Both the position numbers and the translations under genes were made by a program. A stretch of 64,000 nucleotides of DNA from Leidyana gryllorum EB-2025a (lineage: Eukaryota > Protista > Apicomplexa). The DNA lies in assembly GCA_048772705.1 (NCBI GenBank), contig JBLWGC010000092.1:1-64000 (forward strand), in the 5' to 3' direction. This document shows, piece by piece, positions 22,267 through 36,494 of the stretch. The notes below the pieces were generated by a model. The model worked only from the letters and a program-made list of their open reading frames with translations, made no database searches and had not been told where the DNA came from. Every line of letters begins with the position of its first letter. Position 1 is the stretch's first letter.

Positions 22267-22408
22267 AATGCTAGCGCTACAATGGTCGGTTGGTGCCCGC
22301 TCGCTATCTATCTCTTTGGAGCGTGGGATCGTGCAATAGAGGGTGCTGACAAAAAAATCCGACCTGCGAGGTGCGCGCGCCTGAAGTACCCAAAGGCATA
22401 GCACACTC

Positions 22409-23909
22409 CTACGGAAAGCGAGTGGTGGACGGCTGAGCTGTTATAAGGTTGTAGGCAGCCGCAGCAGCTGCAGCTGAGTAGGGATAGAGAGCATATGAAG
22501 CCAGGGGATCGGCCGGGCCACCACTTCCCTCGGTGCTGCTCGCTCCTGACTGACGACTGACACCCCCCGAGCTGCTGCAGTTTTGCTGCTGTATGAGGTC
22601 CAAGAAGCTATCACTCGCTGGATCTGTCCATGGATCAAAGATGACATTCATGGGCCGCTCAAAGATAGGAAACTGCGATGTGTGCGGGGAGGCAGGCTTG
22701 CTTTTCGCTGGCTGACGGGTACATGACTTGGCTATGGACACGAATATCACTCGGCCGGCAAAGGTCTGCTGCGGTTCGGCAGAGGCCTTCACAGCACCTT
22801 CCTGTGTCGCGAACGTGATGAAGGCAAATCCGCGTGGCCGTCCTCGCGCGTCAGCCACCACCGCACAATCCTCAATTGGCCCGAACTGACTGAAAGCTTC
22901 TCGAAGTTCTTCCACATCACAATTAGAAGGAAGATTCCTGATAAAGATTTTCCTGCGGGTCATACGACCCTGGATTGGGGCACCTGAGGTAAAACACAAT
23001 TCAAATTGGCCAGCGGCAGTGGGGGGATGAAACTGCTGTTCAATGTGCGGGCGACAGGGGCCGGTAAACCGTCATGCGGGACGAGCAGCCGCTCCACTCT
23101 GATTGTCCACCCCAATAGAGTGGATCTTCACCGTGGAGACATGCACCCCGGAAAGGAACACACAGCCGGACACACACCGACCGCCGTGTGACCCACACAC
23201 ACCCGCACACACACACACACACTTCGACACATGGTAGCGACCGTGTGAGTGGTCCCGGGGGCACAACGGGCGCACTTTTGATGCACAAGGGGTTGGGGGT
23301 GCAAGGAAGGTATGACTCACCATCAGAGAGAAACTCGCTGAAAGGATCAGCCGCCACTTTGACGAAGAGTTTGCGGCCGTCAAGATGTAATGTGCTATTT
23401 AAGCATTTGTGCATCGACTCGATGTCTTTGAAGGTAACGAAGCCGAACCCTTTAGACCGTCCACATTTCTCGCGCACGATAGCTGCATCTTCAAGGGGTC
23501 CAAATTGAGCGAAGTGGTTCATGAAGGCGGCATCGGTTGTAGAGTAATGGATGTTGCGGACCATGATGCGTCGGGCAGCAGGAGAGGCCATGGCTGTGCT
23601 GTGAACGAGTTTCTGCACGGCAGGAGAGATTGCAGCGGCGCTGGCGATGAGCTCAATGAGTTGTTCTTTGCTCAGGGGGGCCGCTAGCCGTCTTATCTCC
23701 TGTCGAGAGGGCGAGAGAGTGCAAGAGTCGAGGCTAGTACATGTCTCGAGATGGGCAGAACAAGGATGGGGGAGAGTACTCTCCTCAGATGAGCTCTGAG
23801 TGTTCTGTGCGTCCAGCTGCGAGGGAGGGAAGAGAGGGGCGATTTTCTGCAGCGTTGGGGGGTCCGATCCAAGCATCAGCTCGTGGTGATCGTTCTCTAG
23901 AACGGTCAT
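22409..23909 (-). CDS. RNA-binding protein with two RRMs, 2 exons
   Basis: RNP1 motifs RSKGFGFVTF and RPRGFAFITF; RNP2 KIFIRNL; donor GTGAGT near 23320. Confidence 0.9.
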
Positions 23910-23962
23910 GGCAACAGACCCTGCACTCCTTGTGTGGGTGCAGATTTTTTACTCTGTCCCTA

Positions 23963-25708
23963 ATGGACCTACGCGTCCTCCTTAGACCCTTTCTCCCTTG
24001 TCACGAGTGGATCAAGCTTTGTAATCAGATCAGACTTCCGCCGGATAGCCGGCCAGACTTTCACACGCTGACTGCTATTGGTCCCAGGCGCGCAAACCCC
24101 GACTCAGCCTGTTGGGCCTATCTCGTTGGCCCACGCGAGCTTCACGTCGATGTCCCCCCAGATGGATTCGAAGCCGCACAAATCCTTCGACAAGACTTCC
24201 TCGACCCTACGTCTCGTCGTCTAGACGGCATATATGTACATATTAAGGTCCCTCTCGCGGGCCAACACGAGTTTGTAGCGGTTCTCAACTCTCTCATCGT
24301 CCATAACGCTCCGCATCTCGTCAAACTTAGTGTAACCTTTGAACGCTCCCATAAGAATGGTGATCACGTATCTGAGCCTCCACCGCGTTCTCGCTCCTCC
24401 GCAGAATGCGCTGACAAAATGGTTCTCGATCGCTTATTCTTCCCTCATCTTTCCTTCCTCAACGTCGGCATACCACTGACTGCCGAGGGAATACAAACGC
24501 CCCGAGTCACTCATCTCGTTCTACAGTATCCGTCCCGCTCCGACTTTGAGGGATGGCACACCGACAACTGGTCTGTAGCCCAATGGCTCTCATCCTCACT
24601 CGCTGACGGCTTCCTCTTCATCATCTCCGCCGCGGCCGCGACATTGCGCTCCCTCGAGATACGAGGTGACATGTCCGCTCGTGCTGCCTACCCACTCCTC
24701 TCCCGCATTTGGTCACTCCCGGAACTCGTCAGTCTCGACATTGGCTGGACTAACGAAAATGAACTACTCTCTGTCATCAATGCATTGAAACCGTCCTACA
24801 AAACTGTCCAGGAACTCGTCAATCGAGTGGGGTCAGAGCAGTCTCCATCAGTATCGTCGTGCTTGCTCAAGTCCATGAAAGAGCACGAGGCCTCTGCCGA
24901 GATCAGTCTTGCAGCCTTACCTGGCACGGCACCTGTACCTCTCCCTCCGGCCTTACCCAACCTCCAAAGCCTCCGCTTCTTGGGCATCCAAACTTCGGTT
25001 GGTACCCCAGGGCTACGGAACCACCACCTCGAGATCCACTCCCTACTCCCTGGTGTAAGCGCGCCACGCAATCCTCTCCACTTGCCACCTGCAGGCAGTA
25101 CAGCGCAATGGCTTGCGACTGTCGGAAGGATCATCAAATGTACCTCTGGAGGCTATGCTCAAGTTTCGAGAGGCTCTCAGTACGCTGCCTTTCTTCGTAG
25201 CTTACCGACAGCTTCCTCCTCGAAGCCTATTCCGCCTCTACGTCGCACCCCTCACAGGTGAGCCACTCCACCCCAGGTATCACGTTGGCCTCCTTCAGAC
25301 AATAAGTACGCTTGGGATCGGACGCAAAGCATCGACAAATGGAGGCAGAGACTCAGATACTTCTACGTTCATCCATTACAAGCCTCTCAACGACTGTTCC
25401 AGCGCAGCCGACGCGAGCTGAGTACCGCCTCATCGATTGAACAAACTATTGAAGGTTGGGTGCCACCCGAAATCGGCCCGTCGATGACTGCAAAGGATAT
25501 GTTCCTTCTAGAATGTTGGCATATACCCTTGTTCTGTGACTTCTACCAGAGCGACGATGTCACTGCAGCTGAGGTGTGGGAGCTGAAACTGAATGATGAC
25601 GACCGCCAAGCATGGAGCCGTATCCGTGATGCCTATGTCGACGAGCGACAAAAAGACACCCCGCTGAGTTTCAAGGCCTGCCCACCCTGGTGGCTGGTGT
25701 CTGAATGA
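23963..25708 (+). CDS. F-box-remnant/LRR-like hypothetical protein; 3' exon structure uncertain (main ORF to 25261)
   Basis: LRVLLRPFLPCHEWIKL; LRR-like FPHLSFLNV, LRSLEI, LPELVSLDI, LPNLQSLRF. Confidence 0.45.
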
Positions 25709-25724
25709 TTGATCTAGCAAACAT

Positions 25725-27655
25725 ATGAGTCCTATTGGCGTTAGCAAAACACTGGGTAGCATCATGACTCAGGAAAGTGGTCGGCCTCCGACAGAGGCAG
25801 AAGATGACGCTGCAACGCAAGAAGTCCAGAAGCAACGACAGAATGCTATCTCATGTCTAAAGCGGCATGGTAACGGATCCTTGATGTCCAGCACACGCGT
25901 GTGCCGTCTCCTCCGCCAAGAGAAGCAGCTACAGAACGATGCAGTCACTCATACACAGTCAAGATCTGACCCGACGGAATGGATCCCACTGATGATTGTG
26001 AGCATTTCCGATGGGGTGAGTGGACATCATCAGGTATGCCAATGAGTTGTGAATTCAGAGCACCGCGCAGGGGACCTCCTCAAAAAGAGTGAAATGGTGT
26101 GTTGAGGGCTGGACAAGCCGCAGCATAATTGGGGAATATGCATTGTTACAACGATGCTTTGACACTCACACTCTCCAAGAGAGACTAGCGGTAGCGGCAT
26201 TGAAACCTTGCTGCAAGCTTGGAATGATCAAACACGTTGATACGATGCCTAGCAAGGCGCGCTTGTGTCCCACGCCAGACAAAGTTGCACACACGGCAGC
26301 AGCGGAAGCCATCATGTCCAGAGGGGGTCATAGTGCTGTGATAGATGTTCCTATGACCGTACCACAGCTCGCAACTTGCCCCACAACGCGAAATTACTTA
26401 ACACAGCTGCAGGAGGCCTCCAGCCGACTGCCCAAACTAACCATGCTTCGAGATTGGGAGGTTGAGGAAAGCGGCCAAAGTACCGTTCACCTTTTCTTCG
26501 CAGGCTCACGTGCTTGCTGCCTTGCAAACAGGCCTTTTGGACATCAAGAGCATCGGGAAGGTGAGTGGTGAAGTCAGACGGCAAGATATTTCGGGGTCAG
26601 TTCGGCGGCAATTCCAAGATTTGTTGATCACAGCAGATCAACTGGACGGGGTAATGTTGACGGGAGCATTCGAACCGAACAGTATTCGCATGAGTGATCG
26701 TTCCCTCTCACACAGAGGTCTTCTGCTGCTGCCGCGAGTAGATGAAATGACCTTAATCGAGAATGCTATGCTATTTGGCGATATACATTCATTCAAAAAG
26801 CTTGGCGCAAAAACTCTGATTGACGCCATTGTTGAGGTGAGCGCCTCGCCGTGGCAGGTTTGGGTAACTTCCGTCACACAGGGATTACAAATCGAAGAAG
26901 TTACATACTTATGGAGTCCTGAGAAGATCGCTCTTTGGGAGAGGTTGATCTCATATGGTCGGTCCACAGGCAGTGCCTATGGGATGGTGGAAGCTTTGAG
27001 ACATCGCTGGGATGAGCAGGCGGCAAAGGCGTCTCTTCGTTGGTCTCTGGGGACAGTGATGTTTCACTACCTCAGAGGCTGTCATCCGTTCGAAGAGTTG
27101 GAGAGGGGGAGTGGGTCGAGTGGAATCTTGGCAAATATCAGAGCCCGTCGAAGTCCCCAGTTGGCAGCTCTGAAAGCTGAGCTGCCGGCGCTGGGGAGCA
27201 TGATTTGCTCACTCGTGTCTGTAGTTCCTGAAGGACGGATGAAATGTGGGGAAATGGCTAAGTGGGCACTCTTTGCAGACTGGGATCCGGGTTTGGGGAT
27301 GCGCGCAGTGGTTGCTGGCAGTCGTGAAGGCAAACGCACAGGTGATTTGATCAGGCAACTCAGCTTGAGGTGTGCTCGAGACGGAAAGCTGCGTCCAGAA
27401 TGGCAAAGGGAGCTGGAGTTGTTGCTGATGAGGATGGGGCATGAAGTCACAGTAGAAGAGGTCCAGTTTGATGAGTTAGACACATGCGATACAGATGCTG
27501 CGCTTGACCAACTCAAACCTAAAGTGCACCACAGCCAATCAGACTTGCTGCTTCGATTGATGGTAAGCCGAGCAAACAAGACAACTCCTTCTCTTCTTGC
27601 AATTAATCGATACAACTCTGGTGCGTCGGGCCAAGAAGACTTTTGCTTTTTATAG
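25725..27655 (+). CDS. Divergent protein-kinase-like protein (probable pseudokinase), multi-exon
   Basis: C-lobe motifs YLWSPE, WSLGTVMFHYLRGCHPF, LVSVVPEGRMKC; no HRD/DFG visible. Confidence 0.5.
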
Positions 27656-28942
27656 ATGGAGAAACCCCCTGCTGGACCTCCATCGCGCCCACCTCCTCTT
27701 CTAGGGGACGATGAAGACAGTGAAGATGATGACGATTTGCCCTTCATTGTGAAAGGCAGAAGACGAGTTGCAGCTCAACAAGCGCAAGCTCCGTCTTCAT
27801 CAGCGCCTCCAGCTCCTACTAGTTCTGAACAGCGGCCTGTCCAAAGTGAACAGCCTCCAGCACCTCCTGCTGCCCCCCCAGTCCCGTCAGCCGCCGCTGC
27901 AACTCCCGCTCCACAAGCAGCAAGTCAATCGGCCCCTGCAAGGGCAGCTCGGCCGAAACCCGCTGCTACAAACAATAGACCCAAACCACCCGCCAAGAGC
28001 CCTGCCCCTCCTGCCCCCCCAGACGATGACGACGAGGCATTGTTCGTGCCCTCAGATCGGAGTTCAGCTGACGAAAGTAACAGCCCCAGGCAGTCAAGCC
28101 CTCCCAGCAGTACTGTAGGGCGTGCGGGTCCCGCTGCGTCGCGCAACGCTCGGAAGCGCAGACGAAGAGACACATCAAGTGACGAAGATGATGATGCATC
28201 ATCCGGCGGTGACTCTGCCACTGACCAACAGGTCGTAACTTCAGCCCGTGATCGGTAAGCCGAGAGTGATTTTTGAGTTGTGATCTGTTTGGTGATGTGA
28301 CATTGTTTTAACTGTGCTTTGTCAACCGTTCACTCCCATTGATCGATGTATATGTACTGACTGCGCGTACGCACACACGTGTTTGCCACTCTGACTTGTT
28401 TTACCACCACCACCACGATCAATATGCGTGCAGAGATAAGAAGAGCAAATTGATCGCTCAAGTACTGGCGCGGTGGTGGTATGTTATGGCACCTTGGCCT
28501 CCTGAGGATTTTGATTACTCGGCGGAACTGGCAAAGCGGAAGTTGAAACAAGTCTCATTTGATGCTTGGGAAGATGAAGACGATGTGGATGAGAATGGTG
28601 TTACAAAGGTTTATGAGATCACCCATTTTCCAGGTGAGCGGGCTGGCAGCATGAAATAAATGTGTTACTGTATTGGGCATAGGGATGTACAGAGATCCCA
28701 AAGGTGAGGTGATTGATCTTCGGCCTGACGAAGGAAAGCCGTGCTACGCCAATTTGGCCAGACTGGGGGAGGCTGAGCTGTACGAAATGCTTGTCACCGC
28801 GTTAAAACGCCAAACTGAGCAGTTAAGTACTTCGCCGTATCAAGCCACTGACGAGGCCATCATTGAACGGTTACGGGAGGACTTGTTGCGTGAAATGCGA
28901 CTGGCATCTACGAGTCTTTCACGCCTTCGAGCGAGCGAATGA
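27656..28942 (+). CDS. Hypothetical protein: Pro/Ala/Asp-rich N-terminus and globular C-terminal domain, multi-exon
   Basis: ORFs 27656-28258, 28339-28659, 28673-28942 joined by introns; VLARWWYVMAPWPP, FPG|MYRD..IDLRP. Confidence 0.6.
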
Positions 28943-29078
28943 TGAGGGAGTCAGCTCTCCGAACTGTACTCGAAAGGACCCAGGAATGGGTCGTAAGGTA
29001 GCCAATGCAATCCGTCAGGGGCTATCGGAGGCGCAGGCTTACCCAGCTTGACACTGAGCACTTGCACGCACTCCGCTG

Positions 29079-30360
29079 TCAAGTACAAGAATGGTTCCAT
29101 AGTGGACTGCGTGTAGCACAAATTCGGCAGATGTAGCTTCCGTTGGTCCTTACCTTCTCTCGTTGGAGTATATCGGCATCCTGGAGGCACGTGACAATGT
29201 CAGTGGGTTCAAATGAATACTTGTCGGCTGTTTCTGCAAGGACGAACTCGCGGTTGTTCTTTAGCTCTTCGAGCAGCACTTGGCGCCAGTAGTTCAAGTA
29301 GGAGGCCTTTCCGAGGTCCGAGAGGGGTCGTTCAGGGGTTCCGCGGCGCCCCTCTACCATGGCCAGTGCGTACGAGAAGTTTATAAGGTACTTGCCGTAG
29401 CCCTTCTTCTGGTACTGTGGCAGCGTGAGGATGCAGCTGACGTTGTTTCGGCTGTACTTTTCTTTGGAGAAGTAACCGACGATTCGGTAGCCTGGAACAC
29501 ACGAAAAATGTGGCACAGCGAGTGCTGCAGCAACGATTGCTCACCGTCTTCGGCCATTTCGCAGAGGACATAGAACAGGAAGAGGTTCACAGGATGGCGA
29601 AGTGTCTTATGGTCGAGGAACAGCTTGGAGAGAAAACAGAGATTCTCGCAATACAGCCGAGCCACACCTCCATCTACTTCCCACACCGCGAGCCGACGAG
29701 AAGGATCTCTGAGGGTACACATCACATACACAGTCAGTCAGCCACTTTTACCACCAGAGTCCACATACCGGTATATCTCATTGCCAGGAGGGTATCTGGC
29801 AGTGCAACGTCGATCGTGTCTTTGAGCTTCGCATTGGAATTTGAAGAAACTCAGACAGAAGTTGCATATATACAGTAGCGAGGCGTCCTGGACTTCCAGC
29901 GGGAAGGGGCTAAAGTACCAACAATTCACCAAGTAGTCTCCCATTTGGATCCTATTGATAGTCTTGAACTTGGTGTTCTCAATGTGTTCCTTGAGATAGT
30001 CAGCGTCCATTCCGGCATGTCCGTCATCGCTCTCCTCCTCTTCAGACTCTCGAATTACGTCATTTCCAGTCAGCTCCTCGTCCAGCTTTCTCAGCTGACT
30101 CCATCTCAGCCAACAGTCCAAGCGCCGGTCGGCACCTTTCCAGTGTATATACGCCGCCTTTTCCTCTGTTTCAGCGCTATGACCCCTCAAACCTGGAAGC
30201 TGCGGCTTCTCAGCTACAGACGATGTACTCAAACCACACAAACTGCGCTCTCACTCGCTATAATTAACACTCGACGCCAGCAATTACGGGTTTCATCCCA
30301 TCCCCAAGCTATTTCGCCTCCTTGGAACTTCACCGCCTGGGAGCGCTGCTGACTGGACAT
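29079..30360 (-). CDS. MYST-family histone acetyltransferase (Esa1/TIP60/MOF-like) with N-terminal chromo-barrel, multi-exon
   Basis: [83 protein letters not shown]. Confidence 0.95.
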
Positions 30361-30486
30361 TACTACTATCTTACCGCCAAGGAAGCGAGAGAACCATTTG
30401 TGTTTTGTTCTGATGTTGAGCCCTTTGATGATGACCCCGACTTCCTCAACCGAGTCCCCATTCAAGTCCTTTTTTCTGTTTTCCTA

Positions 30487-32293
30487 TTAAAGCATAGCAT
30501 TAACCCGACGGGCTTTCTGGGCGCTCCAGTGCAACGGCGGTTCCGAATAGAATAATTGGCTTAACACACCCCTCAACTCGCTCTTGGGCATTCCTCTACT
30601 CTCCTCGCTCACTGACTCTGGGCCACTCACGGCATGAATGATATCCATCCAATGCCGCTTCGTCCCTCCCGCAGCACCTCCAGCAGAACACTCTGTACTT
30701 TCACGCAATGATGAAGCAGCCGCCGCCGCTGCGGCTTCCTTATCTCCGACTTCCTTTGCCACAAACACTTTCGAGGCCATACTCCGAATTATGTGCTCCT
30801 CCGCCAGTATCACGCGCTGCAAACACTCTTGTTCAGCAGCTTCACGTTCTTCTCGCTCTTTCCACATTTGCTCCTCCATCAGTCGTTCGCGTAACCGCGC
30901 TGGCGGATCCATCGAAATATCATAGTCGCCGCCCCACACCAACGAGCCCGATCCGCTGTACTCCTCCATCAATCGGATCCAATTCACGTAACTCAATTGA
31001 TTCAAGAAAGTACTCGGCACCGTAGTCACACCAGCCACATGCGATAGGGTCTTCAAATTTGGCAGCTGCAGCGGCTTCCGATGCTGTCCCGTAACTCCTT
31101 CCGCAACTTCACGCACAGTGTCATGGTCACTCAAGACAGCAATGTACGTGATCGGATCACTCGCTAAACAAAGCGTCATCAACTAAGCTATCCATACCAC
31201 TCCACTTACCGTCCAGAACCAGTGTTCGGTAAGTTTGCCGCGTCGCCCTCACCCACACTATAAGCCTGTCGGGACTGGCAGTCACCACATGGGTACCACT
31301 CGGGCTGTATGCACACATGGTAACAGGCTTGTCATGCGCAACCAAACTCGCAAACTGATCTCCGCGTAGTGGCATCCCGCTGAAGAGCGCAACAGCTCGT
31401 GCAATATCTATTTCCTTGACCTCTCCAGACTTCAGACACACCAATATATTGTTGGGTGATACCGGATCGAACCTCAAATGGGTGGTCTCCCATCCAAAAT
31501 CAATGGCTGCTACCACCTCCCCACTCCCAATTCGCCACACATAAACCAATCCGGAACGGCTTCCAGTTGCAACAAGGCCTACGCAATGAATTCCATGTCT
31601 CACCTCCAGTGTCACTACTCAAACGCTTACCGGCATAGTCCTGAGACCATACATCCATCACCGCAATCTCCGATAAATGGCTGGTGAACTGCTGAGCAGC
31701 CTCCACCCAGTCTGTTAGCGCCCCCTCGGAAGAAGCAAGACTGTGACAAAGAAAGATTAGCGCTCTTGGAAAATGAGGTAGGGCACTCACTCCGCGACCA
31801 CGTACACAGACGCATTGGTCCTTTGTGTGACAACAAGGAAGGTCCCATCTTGCGAGAACGCCAAATGGTCAATTCGGGATGAGTCTCGATTGCAGGAGAA
31901 AGACCTGCCATAAAAGACGTCAAACACTGAGCCAGACAGCCCACTTTACCTCAAAAAGGCTCCTGTGGTGAAATCCCAAATATACAGATTACCCGTAGCA
32001 CTCCCAGTTGCGAAGAGTCCCCCATCAGGTGAAGCAGCGGCAGCAGTGGCGGTTTCCGGCAGTGTGAAGCGCTTCAAGGGTACATCAAGCTTGTTCATGC
32101 GATATATTCGCAGTATGGGCTTCGCAGGATCCGCCGCGCCGATGAAACCGCTATGAAGGTGACCATACTCGCCAATCGAGAACGTGATATTCCTCCCAGC
32201 AACGAATCCTTCTGCTAGGGATATATCCCCCCCACTGAGTAGCTCTTGATGCCGGGCACGCCGCTCACTCAATATGAGCAAGCTTTCCTTCAT
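30487..32293 (-). CDS. WD40 protein, WDR18/IPI3-like (pre-rRNA processing), multi-exon
   Basis: KPILRIY..LPE..SPDGGLFATGSATGNLYIWDFTTG; further WD blades; C-terminal coiled coil. Confidence 0.6.
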
Positions 32294-32440
32294 TTCCGGC
32301 CCCAAATTTATGCCACGTAGCTTGACCCACATTTTCAACCATCCTGAACCGCATTGAATGCAGACATAGTATCGTCGGTATTCTCATAAATCCGCTTAGG
32401 CACACACGTGCGCCAGGATTCCAAAAAGAAAAGCTCTCCA

Positions 32441-32961
32441 ATGAGGTCTGCCTCTGCTCAATGCTGTATTCCAAGGGACGAATTGAAGGTTTTGTTTCAG
32501 ATCTTCGACACCGAGCGTCTGGGTACCATAGATGCTTTTGAATTGAAAGGTGCCTTTCGGGCTTTGGGAGTGCCCGCCACGGGGGACCAGATATGCCAGA
32601 TGATGGCTGCCATGGGACGTGGCGCTTCAGAGGGTATCACCTTTGAAGATTTCTGTCACTTGGTTGAGTCTCGACTACCAGCTCAGAACTCCCCTGAGGC
32701 CATACGAAAGACATTTGAACTTCTGGCAGGAGCCTCAGGGTACATAGACATCAGACATCTCAAGAAGGTATCGCCCTAGACAACTCGACTGATGTGAGCA
32801 ATAACGTTTAGGCATGTGAGGAGCTCGGCGAGAAAATCCCAGATGAAGAGTTGGAGATAATGATTGCTGAAGCGGACCGGAACAATGACGGGCGTGTAGA
32901 CCTAGATGATTTCGCTCGAGTGATGATCAAGCGCTACGATCCACTAGCTGACGACGACTAA
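32441..32961 (+). CDS. Centrin/caltractin-like EF-hand protein (intron 32768-32811)
   Basis: FQIFDTERLGTIDAFELKGAFRALG ... LKK|ACEELGEKIPDEELEIMIAEADRNNDGRVDLDDF. Confidence 0.85.
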
Positions 32962-32985
32962 GCTCGTACACATGTGTTGCCAATC

Positions 32986-35914
32986 AACGCATTCTCGTCA
33001 GTGTACAGTGTGTGGTCGATGATGTTCCAGATCCATCCTCTTCCTCCACCAACAGAGACAGCTCCCTTGGCGAAGTCCTCGCTTCCATCTATGATACTCT
33101 GGACGGACTCGGTCGTTTGCTATGGTGGCACTTTGTCAGGAGCGGGGCAAAATCATTGATGTTAGACTCACTCTGTCATCTTGATCAGCTCCTGTTCTGC
33201 CCCTCGCAACTCGAGTGATTGCTCGATGTGCCAATAGGATTTGAACGATATTGCGACGCCACCGCGCTTGATGATAGCTCTGTGCGGATTGACGAGTCAG
33301 GCATTGTATCTGTGATCACCCACCCGTCTTAGTCGAGACACAACATCCCAGAGGATGAGCCAAACCCAGCTTAGCCAGGGAGATACACAGATCACGATGG
33401 CGAGTAGAACAGTTATAGTCTGGGAGTAGATCCATTGATTACATAGAGCGGGTGTTCTGAGGGCGATCCTACCAGAGTGGACATTGGCTGTGCCCATGTG
33501 CACACATTGATGATCTTCTCTAAGCGACGCCTGTATTCCATGATGACCCTCGCAACAGTGGCAACATCCCGTACGACGGAACGAATGCCGCCCTTCTTTC
33601 GTGCTTTGGTCGCGGATAGCTGTGCTGCCAAGGGCAGATCGTCTTCCGATTCTGTATCCCCATTTCCTGGTTCACTGCCGTCGGGTCCAGAAGCTCCGAA
33701 GAGACTGTTTCCTGTGAATATATCACCAACATCTTTGAATCTCCAATAAGGCCTTTTCACGGTTGCTGCCTTCGGAACAGCAGAAGAGGCAGTGTTCGGA
33801 TCTTCGGTCTCTGCCGCCGACGCGGAGTCTGCTTCATCAAACTCGTTATTGTTGGAGTTGTTATTGCACGAGCCAGACAGGTTGGAACCGACTGAAGCTC
33901 CATGTTGGGGCGCTTGATCGCCACCTGCGTGTCTTTTGAGCGAGACTCTGCCGTCAATGACCTCTCGTGCCGCAATTGACAAAACTTCTTCGTGCCATGG
34001 AGACTTGGGGATCTGTTCCAGTTGCCAGCTGAAGTGGCTGAGTACCCAGCGAGCGAAGCTGGCGTGAGGCCGCGGTTTGACAAACTTGTGTTTCTCAATG
34101 TGATCCTTGGGAGCGGTTCTCGATGAAGGCATAGTGAGCAAACTCTCGTCCACTATCCCCCCGTACATTGTCCACAAGGCCAAACTCCGCATTGCTGTGA
34201 AGGCCTGGGCGAGATACGGGAAGCGGAGTCTCGGAGGGTCCAACAGGCCGTGATGCAAATGATACTCCTGTTCGATTGGAACTGAGGTCAGCTGCAGATA
34301 GTACGGAGGGCAGGAGCCCGGGATGCGACAGTGGCTGAATGGTATGAAGGCCAGAATCAACGGCAGGTTGTAAGTGATCTCTCTCGCGTATTGTCTGACC
34401 GGAGGGGCATTGAGTAAGAGAATGCCCAACAGCGGGAGGAGAACCAACATGGTCACCAAGTGGCCTTTACACCATTGTGCGCACATCGCGACGTACAGCA
34501 ACCTAAAGCGCTCGACATTGAGACCGATTGATCATCGAGTTGAGCATCTCACATTGCAAAGGTCGCAGGCGGCTGCTCACAATCACTGATCCACCCGGTG
34601 GAGTCGAGGGCTTCGCGAATTCTGGTGGAATGGCGAGTGGAACGACATTGGGAAACGAATATTATTGTTTCAGTCTTTACCTCGAGAAGACGTTAGTTAA
34701 CTTCTTGGCCTCCATAACCCAATCGGCGTAGTTGTATTCGGAGGGCAAAGGAGGCGGTTCGGGGGTTGGGGCCTCCATGACGTGCCACCAAGGCATGGAG
34801 CATTTGATCTGGAGGATCTTGAGTGCCACCTCGGGGTTGGTACCACGCTGATGATAGCTCTTAATCATTGTGGTATCGCTGACATTGACGTTCCGGACAT
34901 AGAGGCCAATGGTGGAGGCTGGAACTCGTACAGTCCACACGAGTTGGGCAGTGGTCCCCCGCATTCCCATCAAAGCTCCGAAAACGGTGTCTTGACCAGT
35001 GCTAAGCATTCGATAGAATCGGAATCGTATCTCGTCAGTCTGCGTAGTTGAGTGAAAAGGAGGAGTTTGATGATGCACTGACCTGATCCAGACGGCAGAG
35101 TACGGGATGGGTGCAGGCGAACTGGTATGGCTGCAGACTAATCGGCTTGGCTTTCCCTCCTCGTGCAAATGACACTGTGCCCTGGCTGTTTGGATTGTAG
35201 TAGACATTCGTCTCCTCGGTGAGGCTTACCGGAAGATGAAATGGGCTTCGGCACTCTGAAACTCGGTGGCCAATACATAGGCACACTCATCGCGTGGGAT
35301 CTCAACTGTGTATGAGAGGTAAGTGACACGGGTTGTAGCCAGAGGTTTGGTTTGATTTGTTCCCGCTAATTGGATCTCTGATGTCCAGAAGCTCTCGCCG
35401 GTTGCATAGACGACTGGCTAGTGTCAAGTATAGTGACCGTTTTGATTTAAAAGATAGCCCGCCTCACTCTAATGAATGAAGGCAGCTCGCCGCCTCGGAG
35501 TGTTCTCAATTGTTCCTTGGCGGGCAGGAAGGCGATGCTGAGTTCGACGCTCCCGAACTGACTGGCCCGCTCGATCCAGTCAGCCCACCGAAGTGCATCT
35601 CGGCGATGATCAAAGACGAATTCGACCTCTTCTGGGGCCATGAGCTCCCCGCCTTCGGTGAAGAGTAGCTGCCATTGGCCCCGTTGATTGTTGGGAAGTG
35701 GTTGAACTTGGCAGGAGGAGCCCAATACGGACCAAACACATGTAGGCTGGATGTTGGGTTGTTCGCAAGGTGCTTTCTTGTAGGACCTCAACTCAGTTTG
35801 ATATAGCTGAAGAAATCGGCGACCCAAACGGCGCGTGTGGCGAGTGCGCTTGCGCACCCACTGTTGACGTAGGAATACATAAGACTGCGGGTTGATAGTA
35901 GAATCAGCAAGCAT
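32986..35914 (-). CDS. Multi-exon membrane protein: PH/C2-like N-terminus and MCTP/PRT_C-like transmembrane C-terminus; ends approximate
   Basis: PH-like VEFVFDHRRDALRWADWI; hydrophobic segments; RLEKIINVCTWAQP resembles MCTP C-terminal ER..L..W..P. Confidence 0.45.
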
Positions 35915-35953
35915 TTAACCAAGTTATGTTTTGCAGAGGCCTATGACATCCAG

Positions 35954-36494
35954 ATGGTTCCCCTACCCGCTGTTATATGTGTAGCGCTCTGCTACTTACT
36001 GGTCTACGAAGCGATACAGATATGCTTTGCCCTAGGTCTGGGACGGCTCACCAAATTGAGTGACATCCTATTCATGTCCGCCCTTGGCTTCATCATCACA
36101 GCCAGCGTCTTTTCATTGTGTAGCATCAGCAGGGACTCGATGTGCGGGATCGGCCCATTTATAATAGGTCGGTTCTTCAATTCAGTTGAGGTGTAAGCTT
36201 GTAGGCGGCTGGATTTGCATGGTGCTGATGGGTCTTCAAGTGGTCCAGCGATGGATCATCGTGGGCGAGCTATCACTGGGTCAAACTTCTCTGTCTCTAT
36301 ACGCGGCTGTGTTCACTTCAGCCGCATTCGTCTTCTACACTGCTATCCTGTACTGGGTGATTCAAACGGCAAAACTGCATATTGAGGAAAAACGGTGCCC
36401 AGTGACATTCGAGGAGACCTCCAGGTCCTGGGATTCCGACTCCAGCGACTATCACTACACAGCTACCAACGAGCTGATGTGGACACGAAAATAG
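35954..36494 (+). CDS. Small multi-pass membrane protein, 2 exons
   Basis: Hydrophobic ORFs 35954-36196 and 36186-36494 separated by a short intron. Confidence 0.55.
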
